NCBI GenBank assembly: GCA_042096155.1
Contig: JBELMC010000001.1
Span: 79,619-143,618, forward strand
Source of the DNA: Dinoroseobacter sp.
GTDB taxonomy: Bacteria > Pseudomonadota > Alphaproteobacteria > Rhodobacterales > Rhodobacteraceae
Direction: 5' to 3'
Length of the DNA: 64,000 nt
Below the pieces are notes generated by a model. It saw only the letters and a program-made list of their open reading frames with translations, was not told the DNA's origin and searched no databases. Both the position numbers and the translations under genes were made by a program. Within the stretch, counting starts at the first letter, position 1. Every line of letters begins with the position of its first letter. Positions 63,060-64,000 of the stretch are shown here, piece after piece.

Positions 63060-63998
63060 TCATCCGCGCTTGGCGAGCGTCTCTCGCCAGATCAGGTACA
63101 ATCCAGCGGCAAAGATCAGCACCATACCCAACATTGCGGTTCGATCTGGCCATTCATCAAAGAACAAATATCCCCACAGCAAAGACAGCGGCAAGGCAAT
63201 GTATTCAACCGGCGCGATCAGCGCAGCCTCGGACTCGCGGTAGGCCATGCTGATAAAAAACCCGCCAAATGCACTGGCCAGCGCGATGGCAAAAAACAAA
63301 GGCGCATCTGCGAGCAAGGGCCATGCCCAAGCGCGGAATAAAAATGCCAGTGAGGGGTCTTCTTGCGTGGCGAAACGCCCATTTCCAATGACCAGACCGA
63401 TCAGCAAACACACGACAAAAAATGTGATCTGGATATAGACCGTCAAGGTCACCGCGCTTTCAGTGCTGCCCATCTTTCGGGTCATCATATGCAGTGCCGC
63501 ATAACCAAATGCCGCTGCCAGCGGCAAAAGCGACGCCACCTGGAACGCGTCAGTTCCAGGTCGAATCATGACAAACACGCCAATCAAACCAAGAAAAACT
63601 GCGCCCCACCTGTGGCGGCCGACATGTTCGCCCAGAAAAATGACCGAGAATACAGTGATCAACAACGGCGAAATGAAAAACAACGCGACAGTTTCCGCCA
63701 AAGGCAAAGCCGCCAGGCCGAGAAAAAACATCATATTGGCAAAAACAACGCACAAACCGCGTATGATGTGGCGCCCCAAGAATTTGGTGCGAAAGTTTTG
63801 AAAACCGCCCGTCAGTGGCAAAATAAGCACCATCACCATCAAAAAGCCAAGTGCGGACCGGATCAGAATCATCTGATGCAGGGCGTAGCCACCACTGAGG
63901 AGTTTGACGACCACGTCATTGACCGAGAACAGACTGACCGCAATGAAGGCGGCGCCCATACCAATAAGACCGGTTTTCGCCGTAAATGTATCGCGCAT
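63060..63998 (-). CDS. DMT/EamA family transporter (start may lie beyond the window)
   Basis: About 10 TM helices; FLGEHVGRHRWGAV and EAALIAPVEY motifs. Confidence 0.9.
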   Translation of the reverse strand: MRDTFTAKTGLIGMGAAFIAVSLFSVNDVVVKLLSGGYALHQMILIRSALGFLMVMVLILPLTGGFQNFRTKFLGRHIIRGLCVVFANMMFFLGLAALPLAETVALFFISPLLITVFSVIFLGEHVGRHRWGAVFLGLIGVFVMIRPGTDAFQVASLLPLAAAFGYAALHMMTRKMGSTESAVTLTVYIQITFFVVCLLIGLVIGNGRFATQEDPSLAFLFRAWAWPLLADAPLFFAIALASAFGGFFISMAYRESEAALIAPVEYIALPLSLLWGYLFFDEWPDRTAMLGMVLIFAAGLYLIWRETLAKRG

Positions 63999-64000
63999 AG

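Overview
The window looks like core chromosome of a Rhodobacteraceae (Roseobacter-group-like) alphaproteobacterium. That assignment is inferred from gene content and order, and GC is roughly 60% by eye. It holds about 65 protein-coding genes, including partial pyrB and pyrC, plsY, gshA, rsmE, ubiA, a class A PBP, glnK-amtB, tyrB-sseA, smpB, dapA, slt, split mnmC, moaDE-pgsA-uvrC, glpK-glpD-glpR, mlaA/mlaC, a type I secretion ABC+MFP pair, map, sfsA, fadH, ilvD, accD-folC and zapE. I found no rRNA, tRNA, tmRNA, CRISPR array, integrase, transposase, phage gene or recognisable defence system, so I cannot claim a clearly new multi-gene system. The best leads are: (1) a ~300-bp, ~29% GC intergenic region upstream of uvrC with three co-oriented DnaA-box-like motifs, a candidate oriC or DnaA-controlled locus; (2) a BON-repeat/OmpA protein plus a small membrane partner resembling mycobacterial ArfA/ArfB, with a CtrA-like box, near glnK-amtB; (3) three ORFs, one Imm22-like, joined into pyrB-pyrC by four consecutive ATGA overlaps; (4) two eroded genes (a DUF805 copy and a GNAT) and an orphan GlpR-type site that may mark a lost glycerol transporter; (5) a 59-aa Cys-rich membrane protein missed by the ORF track. 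Family assignments come from motif recognition and recall, not from database searches.
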